A stretch of 64,000 nt of DNA from positions 434,432 through 498,431 of the forward strand of contig NW_014577070.1 in the NCBI RefSeq assembly GCF_000485595.1, written 5' to 3'. Made by a program: the position numbers and the translations under genes. This DNA comes from Priapulus caudatus (lineage: Eukaryota). The notes under the pieces are model-generated. The model had not been told where the DNA came from. It saw only the letters and a program-made list of their open reading frames with translations, and did not search any database. Shown piece after piece: positions 39,001 through 52,400 of the stretch (positions are counted from its first letter, which is position 1; the number at the start of each line of letters is the position of its first letter).

Positions 39001-41107
39001 AGGAGCAGCAGAATCCATACAGTCTCGGCAGCAAGGCGTCGCCTGGCTTCGTGTCTCGACAGCCTGCACGTCACGTGGGCGTGAAGTTTTTCCCTGTGAT
39101 TCACCACGTGTCTGCGCTTCCGAATGTGCGCAGACGCCGCCGCCCCCGCCCCGCCCCGCCCCGCCCTCCGCAATCACAGGCATTTCTGCGAGAGTGATCA
39201 CGGCTTGCTGAATGAACGAAAGCGTCGTTAATGATTATTGTACAATGTCTAGTCAATGTCAGCGCGTAGAACGCCTGTACTCGTCTATAGAACGCACAAC
39301 CTATCTATACAGGATGCCATTTCGGAGAGGGGGGTCCCACGAGTCATCTTTCTATATGGGTGTAACGGTATAATGTCAAAGATGTCTTATAGAGAACGTA
39401 ACATTAAACACGGGCGGACGATGCTGTGTCGTAGAGTGACAGGATGCTTGTCTTTGCTGCAAAGGAGTGTTCGGCTGAAGTTGGGTGAAATTATCGATTA
39501 GCGTTGTATATAATGGCTGTGCAGTTAAACCTGCATATAAGGGCCAATCACCTAGAAACGTCTACACTAGACAGGCGTTCATTTTATAACTGCTACGAAG
39601 GGTAAATGCCAAACGTGTACGTTTTAGGTGTCCGGTCGATAACCCAGGTTTGACTGTACATGCCAGAAAGGGCCCTTATACAAAACTATAAAATTTCTGC
39701 TGCGTAGTACTAACAGGTTGATTATTCAGACATTCGGCGTTTTGAACATGATGAGTGTACCATTTTAATACACGTTAGTAAATCCCCCCTTCCAAGAAAA
39801 TCGTTTCCGACACGATTTGCACAATCGCGAATGTTGATCATTTCTGATTTCTAATCTAATAGCAAAGTAGGAATGTGAAGTGTTTACGCATAACTATAAG
39901 CGTGCAAGAACACGCCTAACATCCCTAAATACTGTCTCAAGTTAATGTTAACGAAACGTGTTCATGGCAGTTAGTTTCTAAGCGCTCTTGTAATTCTTAG
40001 CAGTGCCAAATACCTAGGTGAAACTAGAGATTTCAGTCTTCGAATTTAGCCGGATGTCCGATGCCCGAGACGTGTAGAAATCTCGGCGGGCATGTAAACA
40101 TTGCAAGCTTACTTGCCCGACGGGCTCCTGCTTTAAAAACGCATAAACTATAATACAACTGGCCATTAACTAAAGGTTTTTAATTTAAAATCACGAAATG
40201 TTATCACCGGAAACGAATGGCGTCTAGAAGTTGTCTGATATACACTTCTTTACTCGATATTACAGAAATATTCCTGCGAAATATAGGGGCAACTATAATG
40301 TCATTCGGGCATGTACATTTTACAGAATATTTGCCCGAAGGTCAAGTGGCTCAAAAAGATTTCCGTGAAAATGTCAGAGATATGGACAATATTGCAAATT
40401 GCTTAGGGAATGTACTTGTTAACACTGTGCTTCGCCATTAACTAAGTATATGGATTGACCCTCAATAAATAATATACGTCGTGGATGTGGAATGCACGAT
40501 GTATGTATGCTCAGTGGGTGTAATTCGTTCAGGAACGCTTTGGTTTCACTTCATCTCACTTCGCTATCGCAACCAAGCTTTTAACCTTATAATGCAGCAC
40601 CGCAGACCGAGACGGGCAGGAGTATAGCTGTAGATTTCTATATACACATGAGGAGATAATAAAAGCAAATGTCCTGTTGTAGAATATTGAATAATATGAA
40701 TTTCATAACTTGTTTAAAATGGTCACTGTTTACGTTCAGCCCAGGAAAACTTTTTTTTAACTTTTCTGGAATACACAGACAGCACACAACGTGATATTGT
40801 GCGAAGTGTGCCCGCACACGCGTATAATATTCTAATATTACTTCGTGTTTGCTATTAAAATCCATGTAATGCTATCATATTCATATTGGCGCTGGTAAAG
40901 GTGCTGACCGTGAACACGTACGTCAATGACGTATCACATCGCCCCTATATTATATCGTTACAATTCGTCTCAATTTATCATCACGCAATTTTCAAATGGC
41001 ACGATTTGCGAATAGCATGCATTCGTTGAATAGAGAGCGGCTGCGCTATTTTTAGATCATTATTATTGTTCTCATTATAATCGGTGTTCTCCTTCACTCT
41101 GTCTCCC

Positions 41108-41182
<75 letters not shown>

Positions 41183-44100
41183 TTCTCTGCATCCCTCGCT
41201 CTCGGCCTCTTCTCTCTCTGCTTCTCTCGCTCTCTCTCTGCCTCTCTCTGCCTCTCTCTTTCTCCTTCTCTCGCTCTCTGCCTCTTTCACTCTCTCTGCG
41301 TCTCTTCCTCTCTCTGCCCCCTCTCTCTCTGCTTCTCTGTCTCTGCCTCTCTCTCTCTCTCTGCCTCTCTCTCTCTCTCTGCCTTGTTCTCTGCCTCTCT
41401 TTCTGCCCCTCTCTCTGCTTCTCTGTCACTGCCTCTCTCTCTCTCTGCCTCTCTCTGTCTCTCTGCTCTCTCTCTCTCTCTGCCTCTCTCTCTTTCTGCC
41501 TTCTCTCTGCCTCTCTCTCTGCCCCTCTCTCTGCTTCTCTGTCACTGCCTCTCTCTCTCTGCCTCTCTCTTTTTCTGCTTCTCTCTGCCTCTCTCTCTGC
41601 CCCTCTCTCTGCTTCTCTGTCACTGCCTCTCTCTCTCTGCCTCTCTCTTTTTCTGCTTCTCTCTGCCTCTCTCTCTGCCCCTCTCTCTGCTTCTCTGTCA
41701 CTGCCTCTCTCTCTCTGCCTCTCTCTTTTTCTGCTTCTCTCTGCCTCTCTCTCTGCCTCTCTCTCTNNNNNNNNNNNNNNNNNNNNNNNNNNNNNNNNNN
41801 NNNNNNNNNNNNNNNNNNNNNNNNNNNNNNNNNNNNNNNNNNNNNNNNNNNNNNNNNNNNNNNNNNNNNNNNNNNNNNNNNNNNNNNNNNNNNNNNNNNN
41901 NNNNNNNNNNNNNNNNNNNNNNNNNNNNNNNNNNNNNNNNNNNNNNNNNNNNNNNNNNNNNNNNNNNNNNNNNNNNNNNNNNNNNNNNNNNNNNNNNNNN
42001 NNNNNNNNNNNNNNNNNNNNNNNNNNNNNNNNNNNNNNNNNNNNNNNNNNNNNNNNNNNNNNNNNNNNNNNNNNNGTGTGTGTGTGTGTGTGTGTGTTTG
42101 TGTGTGTGTGCGTGTGTGTATATATCCATATATATGCATGCTGGAACGATGGGTGTTGTTGAATCAGACACCGTGCAAATAATGCACGGTGGTCCTTCAC
42201 TTGGTTCGCTGCACCGCCGAACATATAAATGGAGGGTAATTTGGCGGGAAGCGACACAGATCCGAGAATGTAAAAAATCACGTCTTGCTGTTGAGCGTGC
42301 AAAAGTATCGGAAATAGTTCGTTACCATTGGATATAACCATAATCACTTATTAAGCGCGATCTTAATTGTCTTAAAAGGAGGCTGTGTAAGCACATTATA
42401 CACGCTTCATTATCTTACTCAAGATAGCACCTAATGCGCTGTTAAGTTTTTAGACGGATATAAACCATGTCGACACTTTTTATGCTGAGCTGGCTACGCA
42501 CCCGTAATGCGCATGCCTGATGATTACTTTCATAGCCGCAATCATTTCATCTCGCGTTAGCGGCGTGGTGGATATTAAAATATTTCCGTCGCCGCATAGG
42601 CTATAGTTATTCCGACCAGCAGTATTTTAACATTTTTCGTGACGTACAGCGGCTCTGTTTGAATACGTTGCGCAGCTTGCAGGCAATGCGACAGAAGATG
42701 ATGGTTGGGGTGGGGGGGGGAGAATGGTTGTTGTGGCGGATATCTGGCGGACGTGCGGTCTCGGTGCGTGTATACGGGCTCGTCTGTCATATAGGATATA
42801 TAGGCGACAACCTGCGGCCGGTATTTACTTGATTCAATACGTGTATCAACTCTGGCGAGAGGTTCCTTCCTCGTTCGTTATAAACGCGGCGAATAATGTG
42901 TCTACAGTGTAACCAGCCAGCATTCTCGGTTCGGCACTGATCTTTACTTTACGATCAATAGCCGTATCGGCTTGAATGAACCGCAAAACAGGAATTGCAG
43001 TTCGTGCGTGCGTGAGTGCGCGTGTATGTGCGTGCGTGCGTGCGCGTGTATGTGCGTGCGTGCGTGCGCGTGTGTGTGCCAGCGTGCGTGCGTGCGTGCG
43101 TAGATCTTGATCTAGTTCAGGGAGCAGGATGTTTTTGGCATGTATAGTCTCGTCTTGCCGCAAACGTGGTTACGGAAAGTGAAAATTTACCTGACGTCAG
43201 ATCGCTGCGTTGACGATGGCGCTGTAACGGGGGGCTCTGCTGTTATTTATTGGCAAACTGTTAGCATCGTAGTTCTTCGTACAATAATATCCGTTTACGC
43301 CGAGATGTGAAACCAAGTCGAGTTAAGTTTCATTTCGTGTAGATACGTCGGGAGACACCCGACTGTGTGTGGCTCGTGATCGTATTACTGTCCTAAGCCT
43401 TGCGTTGTGTATTCCTTGCTTCGTATTAATTGTATAATTGCATTAATTTCCAAACCCAATTCGTTCGTGTTGCATTTCCGCTCGAAGGAAAAGCGATCAC
43501 ACAAATAAATTCACAAGTCCAAAAGTGAGCTTCTACGCACAAGAATTTATTGCTGCTCACAACACACACATGAGCAAGAATCCCAACATCCAATAGTCTA
43601 ACACATGAATCGTAAATGTGCGTGCAATTGGAAACTCAAGAGCTCCCAAGGTGTGGTCATATATATATGACCAGCGAGGTGACGTCACATAAGGGGTCCC
43701 CAAGGCCACTGCAGGCCGAAAGGCGTCCCCTCGCCACTCGCATGTGGCGCACTGCACCACTTCGCGTACGTACGTGTCTACATCCAGGTTTGCATCTACC
43801 CAGTTTCGCCACACAGGCGCGGCCTTGGCTAGTGTACGCGTACTCAACATGCCATAAGAAAATGTACAATGTGAGAAGAGCTATTAATTTCTCCAACAAC
43901 AATTTGATTTTAAAAACGATAAAACTCCACGCACTGTTACAAATGCAACGTAAGGTGGCTGCAGGTTTCGCAAGGTAAACGTCTGTGGCATGTGTGCTAC
44001 AAATTTTGTGAGTCAGTGGGCGAGGTGTGCCTCAGCGGGGTGCAGGTTATTCTGCAATAGATATTTGTAGATTAATGAAATGCGGTTGTGTAAGGCATCA

Positions 44101-47100
44101 CGCTGGCAATACTGATGCGCAGTCAATCGCGATGTGATTACACACTCGGTGTGGAATGCCCAGGGAATTATTGAACTGATAATGCGCATTAATGAATGCG
44201 CACAGCCGGCCTAATTTTAGTTTTAAGGTTAAAAGCTTGTTAAGCGGCACCGGCTTTGATGTGTGAGGATCATCGCATTATTTATTGTCTCTAAGGACGC
44301 GAATTTCGATTGCTATGCGTGTTTATTTACAAGTAAGCGATAATGAAGTGCGTTAATTAAGTTACTTCGAAGCGCAATACGGCGAAGGATTTCTATAGGA
44401 GAATATTTTGGGTCGAAATTAGGGTAATTTATGCGATTGCCTAAAGTGGATTGTGTCGCGTATGCCTCGTAGATAATCTATAAAAATGTCTAACCCTGTG
44501 TGTGTTTGTTGTGCATGTGTATAGGGCCACGCAGTGTCGCAGTTGTGCAAGACGCTAGACAACGTGACGCTGTTCGGCACAGCTTCCAAGGGCAAGGAAG
44601 AGGCCATAAAGGAAAACGTGACCCATCTGTTTGACCACAGCATCGATTACGTGCAAGAGATCAGGAAGTGAGTGCAATTTTTCCCTGCAGAATTCCCCAA
44701 GCGGCAATCAGATACAATTACATTACATCTATAGAATGTATCTAAAAACACGCATCCGTTAGAGTGAAAATCTTATACATGAAAGTTAGCAGTTATTGTG
44801 TGTTTGTATATTATGGTATCGTGAAGCATGTGTGCTGTAATGAATGAATATTCTATAGTGTGGCTCAAGTATAGACTCAATAGGCCATAATAAAAATATT
44901 GTTTGTTTGCCTTCACCCGACCGACCCGCCAAAAAGGGGTCGACTTTTTTTTTAAACAAATTGTATCACTGTACATTATATAATTCTGTAGGCAATACAT
45001 TATAAATTATGTACCAAGCAAAAGAAACATTCAACATAAAATATATCTCCACACAAGCACACCCGAGCATGTAGACACCACGCTGAATTTGTAAAAAGAC
45101 CCCGCCCTCAAAAAAAAAGAAAAAAGAAAAGCCGGCCTACCTACCCAAACTTTTCAGCCTGGGTCGGGTGAGGGAAAACAAAGATTTTTTTAATTGTGGC
45201 CCTACCTTGATTTTTCCCGCAAGTATGTAGCTACTACCAGTTCCTAATTGTCCAATTGGTCAATCTCTGATCAGTGGAGTAGCCAGGATTAAATCTAAGG
45301 GGGGTGGGTGCATGTTGTTGGCATGTTTTATCGACTTGAAACAGTCCTGCTGGTTTAAATAAGGTAGCCTTCTAAATCTTAGGGGGCCCCCCCCCCCGGC
45401 TACGCCACTGTCTCTGATACAGATTGCAACAGGTTCACAGATAAACAGAATGTGTTAGACAATATGCCATAAACAATGATCCTGGAGTGTTCCAAAATCA
45501 AAATTAACATTGAAATTCATCTTATTATTGTACACTTGTGTTTTCGCTTAACTCTCTACATTCAAACACAAAGAAGCTGCTTGCTGGTGTCTGTAACAGA
45601 TACTTGTTCAGTTAATTGTTCTATTGTTGACAGGCACGTGTCACGTATCCCGGCTCAGTGATCGTAAAACGGCGCCGCAGCCACTTCCCAGTTATTTTCC
45701 ACGCTGTGTGATGCATACATTACAATGTGTTACAGTTACATTACATTGCAATGTGTTGCAGTTACATTACATTGCACGTGTGATGCACACATTACAATGT
45801 GTTACATTACATTGCACATGTGACGCACACATTACAAATGTGTTACATTACATTGCACGTGTGACGCACACATTACAAATGTGTTACATTACATTGCACG
45901 TGTGACGCACACATTACAAATGTGTTACATTACATTGCACATGTGGCGCACACATTACAAATGTGTTACATTACATTGCACATGTGGCGCACACATTACA
46001 AATGTGTTACAACTTACAATGTCATAACGGATGCTGCGTGTCACCACAAGCGTAACCGTGTCAGGCGGGAGTTCCTTTGCTATTGGACTGTTGGATAATT
46101 CGATTGCTGTCACGCTCGGACAATGTGTTGCAGGATATCGCCAGAAGGGGTAGACCTGGTGCTCGATTGCCTGTGTGGCGACGACGCCAACAAGGGTTAC
46201 ACCCTGCTGAAGCCGATGGGTAAATACATCCTGTACGGCACCTCGAACATCGTCACCGGCGAGACGAAGAGCCTGTTTAGCCTCGCCAAATCTGTAAGAA
46301 TGGTTTGCATTAATTTTTTATTGGCTTTTTTTGAATGTTGCCTTAGTAATCGCCTCGGCTGCTGGTAGGTGTACTGTAACAAGTCTATCATAATTATATT
46401 CTATAGATCATTATAGACTCATTGGTGTTGTTGTTTTCTTATGGATTGTTAGTATATATCTGATGCATGCGTCTGAAAATGAGTTTAGACCTAAAGGTTT
46501 TGGACGAGGAAAATTTCCTAGTGCTGTATCGTAACAATGTGTGTAGATGCTATATCTTAAATTGGTTATTAGCGTCGATTGTAATTACAATCTGGTAAAT
46601 GCTGAGCAGCATGCTATTTATAAATAACTAGAAGAGAAATTTTTTTTGTATGTGCATTTAAGCATTTTAATTGGATATAAGTTTTTAATTAGTAGCGATT
46701 TGTTTAACGATATGTTTGTAATTAAAGTTATAAGTACAAAGGTTTTTATGAAAATGGTAAACGAAAAACATTATTTGTATAGAAACTCACAGGAAAACAC
46801 ACATCCTTATTATCACTATGATCACTATATGTGATATTATATGACTAGAGTATAAAATCTGTAGACAAAACTTAAATAAATGTGCAATGCAGAAGTATGT
46901 GCTAGACGTAGGATTTCCTAGTGAAAACTGAAACTGATTTTCCTGCTTAACTTTTGTTTCTTCGTCTCTTTTTCTCCTAGACTTTCACTAAAAGTTGTAA
47001 AATACGCTTTTAGTATTATATTAATACTGACTAGTCAACAGTTAGTCCTCCTTCTCTTCATCTTCCTGAACTATCGCTATAGCGTCGGCAACTTTCGCCA

Positions 47101-49473
47101 TCACCCCACTGCCACACGTCGCATCACCTCGGTGCCGTGGTTGTGTCTGTTGTCGACTGCAGCAGCGGCATTGTAGTACAGCGCATGCTATCTGTCATGG
47201 CGGTCATCGCCGCACGCGAGGGATGTCGGCGATCGTGCAGCGTGCATGTCGGGTTGCCGCGGCGATTAAATAGCATCGTCGTTGTTGTGAGCTCTCTCCG
47301 GAGTGCGTCGCCACGGCGATTAACTAACGTCGTCGTGAGCTCTCTCCGGAGTGCGTCGCCACGGCGATTAACTAACGTCGTCGTGAGCTCTCTCCGGAGT
47401 GCGGCGCCACGGCGATTAACTAACGTCGTCGTCGTTGTTGCAGTGGTGGCAGGTGGACAAGGTGAGCCCGATCAAGCTGTACGACGAGAATCGCTTCATC
47501 GGCGGCATCATGCTGCGTCACCTGCTGTTCAGGCAGGGCCAGCATGAGTACGTGCGCACCATCATGGAGAAGGTCGTCGCGCTGTTCACCGCCGGAAAAA
47601 GATCCGCCCGCACATCGACTCCACCTGGGCCTACGAGGACGTACGTTCGCCACATGTTTGTTTGTCATGGTGGGAGAGGTGGGGGTGGCCGAGGTAGCGA
47701 CGAGCCGAACTGCGTGGTGGTGTGAAACCGGAGTAGGGGGGTGGGATGAAGCTGAGGTGTAGGTGGGTGGGCTGGCGTGAACTGGGTCAGTGGTGAACAG
47801 CTTGGGTTGTGGAACGAAACTGGAGTGAGGGGGGGGGGGGTCGATCCCCCGGGGGGAGGGTCACTCTCTATATAGAACATTACCCATGTGCATTCTCACT
47901 AAAAAATAATAGGCCCCCTAAGTGCGAACTGCACATTGGAAAACCCTACCCCCTATTGCAGACACAATTGAAGAATACCACCCCCTATTGCATACACAAT
48001 GAAATATCCCACCCCCTATTGCACACAAGAAAATATCCCACCGCCATATTGCATACACAATGAAAGAGTCCTACCCGGGGTCCTACCCCCTATTACATAC
48101 ACAATGAAAGAGTCCTACCCGGGGTCCTACCCTCATATATTGCGAGGTCTTGCAGACAAGTGGAGGGCAAAGAGTGGAGGGAATACTGGGGCGGGGTACT
48201 ATGTGGTTCGTCATGAGGGGGGCCTACTGCGGGCGCGGTGCTTGACTTGAACGATCCCGGGGGGCTTATTGCGGGATTAGCTTGTAAAGGGGGGCCTATT
48301 TGCTCCCGCGCGGGCCCGCTTTAGAAGTGGAAAACATATATAGGCATATATAGTTACACCCCCCCCCCCCCCGGGGTCGATCCTCTGTGAGGATGAAGAA
48401 CTAAGCTGGAGAGTGGCGGGTGTAGAATGAGTTCAGTGTATTAGTGAGTATGAGGGAAAGATTCCCATAATTCTCAAGTGTTTGAGATTCTTCTATGGCT
48501 GTTGCATGGAAGCCAGCTCCATTGTTACACCCCTAGGATAGCATTTAGGTTCCTTATTCTTCCTCAGAATATTTAGTCTTGTGGAAACTTCAAGAAAAAG
48601 AAATCCTAATTTTCCCCCTAGAAAAATGACAACCTAATTTTTGTGGGTTTTCTGGAAATTTCATTTAACTTGTTTTATAACAGCTGCAGAACGGCTGTTT
48701 ATAGCTTCAGGTTTACGTACGTGCTTTCTGGCAACAGGGGTGTTGTTAGCGAAGTTAAACGGCGTAACAGCAAAATGGTAGTTGAAAATGCGATAAAATG
48801 CATTTTCGTTTCCAAGTTTTCTCCGGAAAAAAATGGATAGTTACTTTCACTCTGCTAGCAGCAGACGTGCTTGTCCCAGAAAGTGGAAATAACCTAAGCC
48901 CCCGCATATAAATAAATAAATAAATTTAACGGCCAGGCATCGTCGTTACGTGATCAGCTACCTCAAATGTCTGCCCCTCTACTGCAGCCTGTGAACGAGG
49001 ATTTTCTTTTCTGGTACACAAAAACAGATACACTGTATACTTCGCTGTCAGTCTACTGTCTACACTCTACAGTCTACAGTCAGGTGCTGTTGAGGGTATA
49101 TAAATTAAATTTTTACATTGTTACCCCCTCCCCCCAATTTTCTCAACGAATTTAGACGTTTCACAAAATCGACCCCTGGGACTGTCAAGACGCGGAAGCG
49201 GATCCGCGGAAGAATCTCATCCCTGTATATATATCGTGTGACCGTCATCTGTTTGATTGTTACTTACCTTGGCAATTTTTTTCTCAGGTCCAAGAGGGAA
49301 TGCAGAAGATGCATGACCGCAAAAATATTGGCAAGATTCTTCTAGACCCAACCCAGGAGCCGAAGCCCAAGGACGTGAAGAAGCCAGCAGAGGCTGCTCC
49401 TGACGCAGCAGCCAATGGTGAGAAGGACAGCAAGAACGAGGGCTCGCCAGAAGGGCAGGAAACCCAGGAGTAG
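30567..49473 (+). CDS. VAT1L: Synaptic vesicle membrane protein VAT-1 homolog-like (MDR / quinone oxidoreductase family), 7 exons, with one apparent frameshift
   Basis: Exons 30567-30766 (MRACVLTGFGGL), 30926-31055 (GLNFLDLMVRQG..PIIMGFECAG), 35970-36185 (AWAELV..SVLVHSVGGGV), 44525-44667 (GHAVSQLC..FGTASKGK), 46134-46293 (ISPEGVDLVLDCLCG..LLKPMGKYILYG), 47444-47640 (WWQVDKVSPIKLYDEN..IDSTWAYED), 49288-49473 (MQKMHDRKNIGKILLD..*). Confidence 0.93.
34420..35476. repeat. 62-bp minisatellite, degenerate at the left and homogeneous at the right
   Basis: TATCAGTTGT recurs at 35101 and 35163; unit AACGAGGCAGTAGCAGTGATGTAACTCTATCCGTTGTATGTACAAGGGACC.. Confidence 0.9.
35477..35883. mobile_element. 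MITE with CAGGG termini and 5-bp TSD (hAT-like)
   Basis: TIRs CAGGGTGCGAAATTA / TAATTTCTACCCCTG; CATTG on both sides; internal 79-bp duplication and repeated GACTCCCT motifs. Confidence 0.85.
37634..38085. mobile_element. MITE with CAGGG-like termini and 5-bp TSD (hAT-like)
   Basis: TIRs CAGGGCTTGAAACTAAC / GTTATTTTCAAGCCCGG; CTAAG on both sides. Confidence 0.82.
38625..38960. repeat. ~91-bp degenerate tandem repeat, about 4 copies
   Basis: Recurrent GACTTGCCATATGG..CAGCTAGTCAC..CCCTGTGAAAATT. Confidence 0.75.
39522..39656. mobile_element. Small pogo/Tigger-like MITE relic
   Basis: CAGTTAAACCTG / CAGGTTTGACTG termini; TA on the right, TG on the left. Confidence 0.45.
41100..42120. repeat. 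(CT)n/(CTCTG) low-complexity array with higher-order units, N gap 41767-42075, then (GT)n
   Basis: Directly visible. Confidence 0.95.
44881..45204. mobile_element. ~320-bp MITE with ~45-bp imperfect TIRs
   Basis: TAGGCCATAATAAAAATATTGTTTGTTTGCCTTCACCCGACC vs GGTCGGGTGAGGGAAAACAAAGATTTTTTTAATTGTGGCCCTA. Confidence 0.65.
45272..45410. mobile_element. 139-bp hAT-type MITE with 8-bp TSD
   Basis: TIRs CAGTGGAGTAGCC / GGCTACGCCACTG; TCTCTGAT at 45264-45271 and 45411-45418. Confidence 0.9.
45700..46015. repeat. 41-bp minisatellite (TGTTACATTACATTGCACGTGTGACGCACACATTACAAATG)
   Basis: Period 41 (45841 and 45882). Confidence 0.9.
47848..48375. mobile_element. ~530-bp MITE with CCCGGGGG..CCCCCGGG termini and 8-bp TSD
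   Basis: GTCGATCC at 47840-47847 and 48376-48383; internal repeats ACCCCCTATTGCA and AAAGAGTCCTACCCGGGGTCCTACCC. Confidence 0.8.
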
Positions 49474-52400
49474 AGGTGTCGACGTGAAGAATGGCAGGAT
49501 ATATTGGCGACGCCTCACGCGTGCACGTACGATCCATTCTGAGCAGGCGGCGGTAGATGTAGCGACGTTCGCGCGTTAACGTTGGGCGTGGTGGGAGAAG
49601 TAACTTGCTGGGGAGGGGCGACAGTAAGCTGCACGAAGCCAATGCAATGCTCAAGGGATGGCTGCTCGCGATGGATACACGTGCTATTGGCGGCCATTTT
49701 TCCCAGCCAAAACCGATTTGCAGTTTAACCTGCGCAGCTGTTAGGTTAGTGTCTCTGTCGCTTCATTATTTTCGGCCGTAGTTGGTGATAGTGCTGTCAA
49801 GTGTAGCTGCAGAATGCGCAGAAAATGGTACGCCGAACACCCGTTTCATTGGGAAAGAAAAACTTGTGTAACAGTCATCGTAATCTTATCGTTCAGCTTG
49901 TCAACGGACGTATGGCGGTGACGGTTATGCGTAACTGAACCGCAGTGATCGTAGTAAAAGTTACTATGATGTTGGCTATCTCTAATGTGTGATGGTGTCG
50001 ACGCTGTTTTGGGGGGACGGTGTCTACTTCAGATGCATTCGCTATCACAGACTACAAACGAGTTTGGCTTTTTTCCTGTTCGGTTATTGCTAGTGCAGCG
50101 CCATCTGTTATCCTGTGTGCGTACTGCTTTGCATTGGTGTGTGCCAGGGATGTGTATGGTTGAGAAGTTTCATTAAGTGTTTTCGTCCCGTTTTTGTCAT
50201 AGCTAGAAGTTATTGTTCATTCAAATAACCTTAACAACACTGCCTTACTCTGTGAAAGTTTACTCGATCTCTTTTCTATTTGTTGATCTTATCCTCTTGT
50301 TTTACTCCAGGTTTGTCCTTTCGTTATATGATTACATTGAGCTGGGTTGTTTTTCTCTACTGTTTCAGCTACTAAAGTCTGTTTGGTTTGCAGTCTAATC
50401 CAAAATGTGTCTTCTGTAGTTCTGCAACCTGCACACAATTTTGATTCTATCCATAATCATACCATGACATATGATTAGGACAAAATGACATTGCATTTAT
50501 TGATGTGCCGCTATGTGTATATTATAAACCCTGTGTTCCATGTTGCAGTGAGCATTCTGATTTTACACTACTTTCTGAGAATCATTGCATGATTGTATTA
50601 CATGAGAATGACATCCCACTGAGAATGTACGTCTTACGATTCGAGTGCTTTAGTTGACGCTTTGAGAATCTTGTGGAAATTTCCACATGACAGTATTAAG
50701 TTTAGGGTGTTGTAACGTGCCAGTACGAGCATTCCTTATTCTGAAGACCATAGACACTTCTGGCATTCCATATCATCTTCCATGATGCATGTGTATCTAT
50801 GTATGTATATTGAACGAAATGTATCTATTTTTGTTAATGTTGTTATTTTTGTTGTGCAGCTTACATAAGATGTATATTTATTGTGCTGGCTATGATGTAG
50901 CGATATATAGATGTCAACGTGTCTCGTGCTACAATCATGCTCTGTGGTAGTTGCGCGCCATAGCCTGCATTGGTTGAGCGTTATTTCGCAGGCATGGTGT
51001 ACAATGTGTGCGAGCTTCCATCGGCTAAGCAGCTTGCAGAAGTTGTTGCTCAGTTGAGGTGATCCACACCCGTCTTAGTTATGCATTTGAACATGGGATG
51101 GATGCTGCGTGTCGGCAACCACTCCCGATCTCTACTTCGAAATATGATCACATGCTTTGGTCATCAATGAGGCTTTGGCTATAGTTGTCGCCGCCTCTCC
51201 CATCCCACCTAACTGTGCCAGGTCGCGTGCAAGAATGCCGCGCCCGTGCGGACTCATCTTCCATCCTCTAGCTCAGAACCGAGAAAGGGAAGAAAACAGG
51301 GTTGCAAAGGTGTAGCAGTACCCCTGTGTGCGCAGCTGCCAGAAAGTGACTCGTAGCTTCGATGAGTGGCACCCTCGCTTGCCGTGCTGCGTCATGCCAC
51401 CGGATTGGGCGTCGTCGGGAAGCCGTTGACGAATCGTAATATTCGAGACCATCTCATCCGGAACATATCATTGTTGTGTGAAGCCGGGCCCCGAAAACCG
51501 GAAAGTTAAATGTTCATTTCGCTTAGCGTAACGACGAGCGACGGCGGTTCACGTTAATGGTACGTAACCGATAGAGGCAGTTTGTTTCTGCGCCGCGCTT
51601 TTAGCGCGTGCGTTTTTCCATGTCTAAGCTTGATGCTGTGGAGCCATTCACTGCCTACTCGCAGTTGCATGTACGTGTTAGTTTGTAGACTGGCAGACGG
51701 TAGCAACTGCATCGCTTTTGCGAGGGAGGTTCATCTGATTGGGTAAAGATTTTTTTTTAACAGTATTTATTGCAGCAATTGTATTTCTCATTGGTCGATC
51801 GATGTCTTTGAAGGAGGCGGGAACGTGGGGTCGTAGTTGGATCGTTGTACGAGGGCTGCTTGCGTGCTTTGCGGTATTCCCTCGGTCACGGCCATTCGTC
51901 ACCTGCGATTATGGATCAATGACGGTCGATCGACATTTGAACTTGTTTCGGCATGTTGAAATCTCACTATATTTTTTACGCCGCTCTATTTTGAAGAATA
52001 AGGCTTATTTTTTTCATTCGTTGAGGGTCTAAAGCTGGATTCTAAGGGTAAAGGGTACGATTGCTCTGGGTTTTTTTGTCTTGCTATTGTGCCAGATAGT
52101 CAACTAGCCGGCAGACGGGAAGAAACGTACGTGGATGAATGGGCATAACTAACTATCGTTCAGCTGCTAGTTAGCACGGGGAGGTTTTTAGATCGCCGGC
52201 AGTCGATTGTTGTTGTTGTGTGCGTGAAGCGGCACAAACGTTGCCTGTGGCACGAGACAATTACAGGGAGCGAACCATCAGCTTGTCTGTACTGTAGAAG
52301 CAACAGACTAGTGCTCGCCACAATTGCCCATGCAGCCCCGGCTTGTTTCTGTACAGAGGTATATATTCGAGGTAGATTTGGTCAGCTTAGGTAGTTGGAG

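Noticed and set aside
40001..40427. Possible CAGTG..CACTG hAT relic with TTGCCCGA motifs
   Set aside because: No matching TSD and the TIR match is too short.
41084..42347. 417-aa ORFs on both strands
   Set aside because: CT-rich repeat plus a 309-nt N gap.
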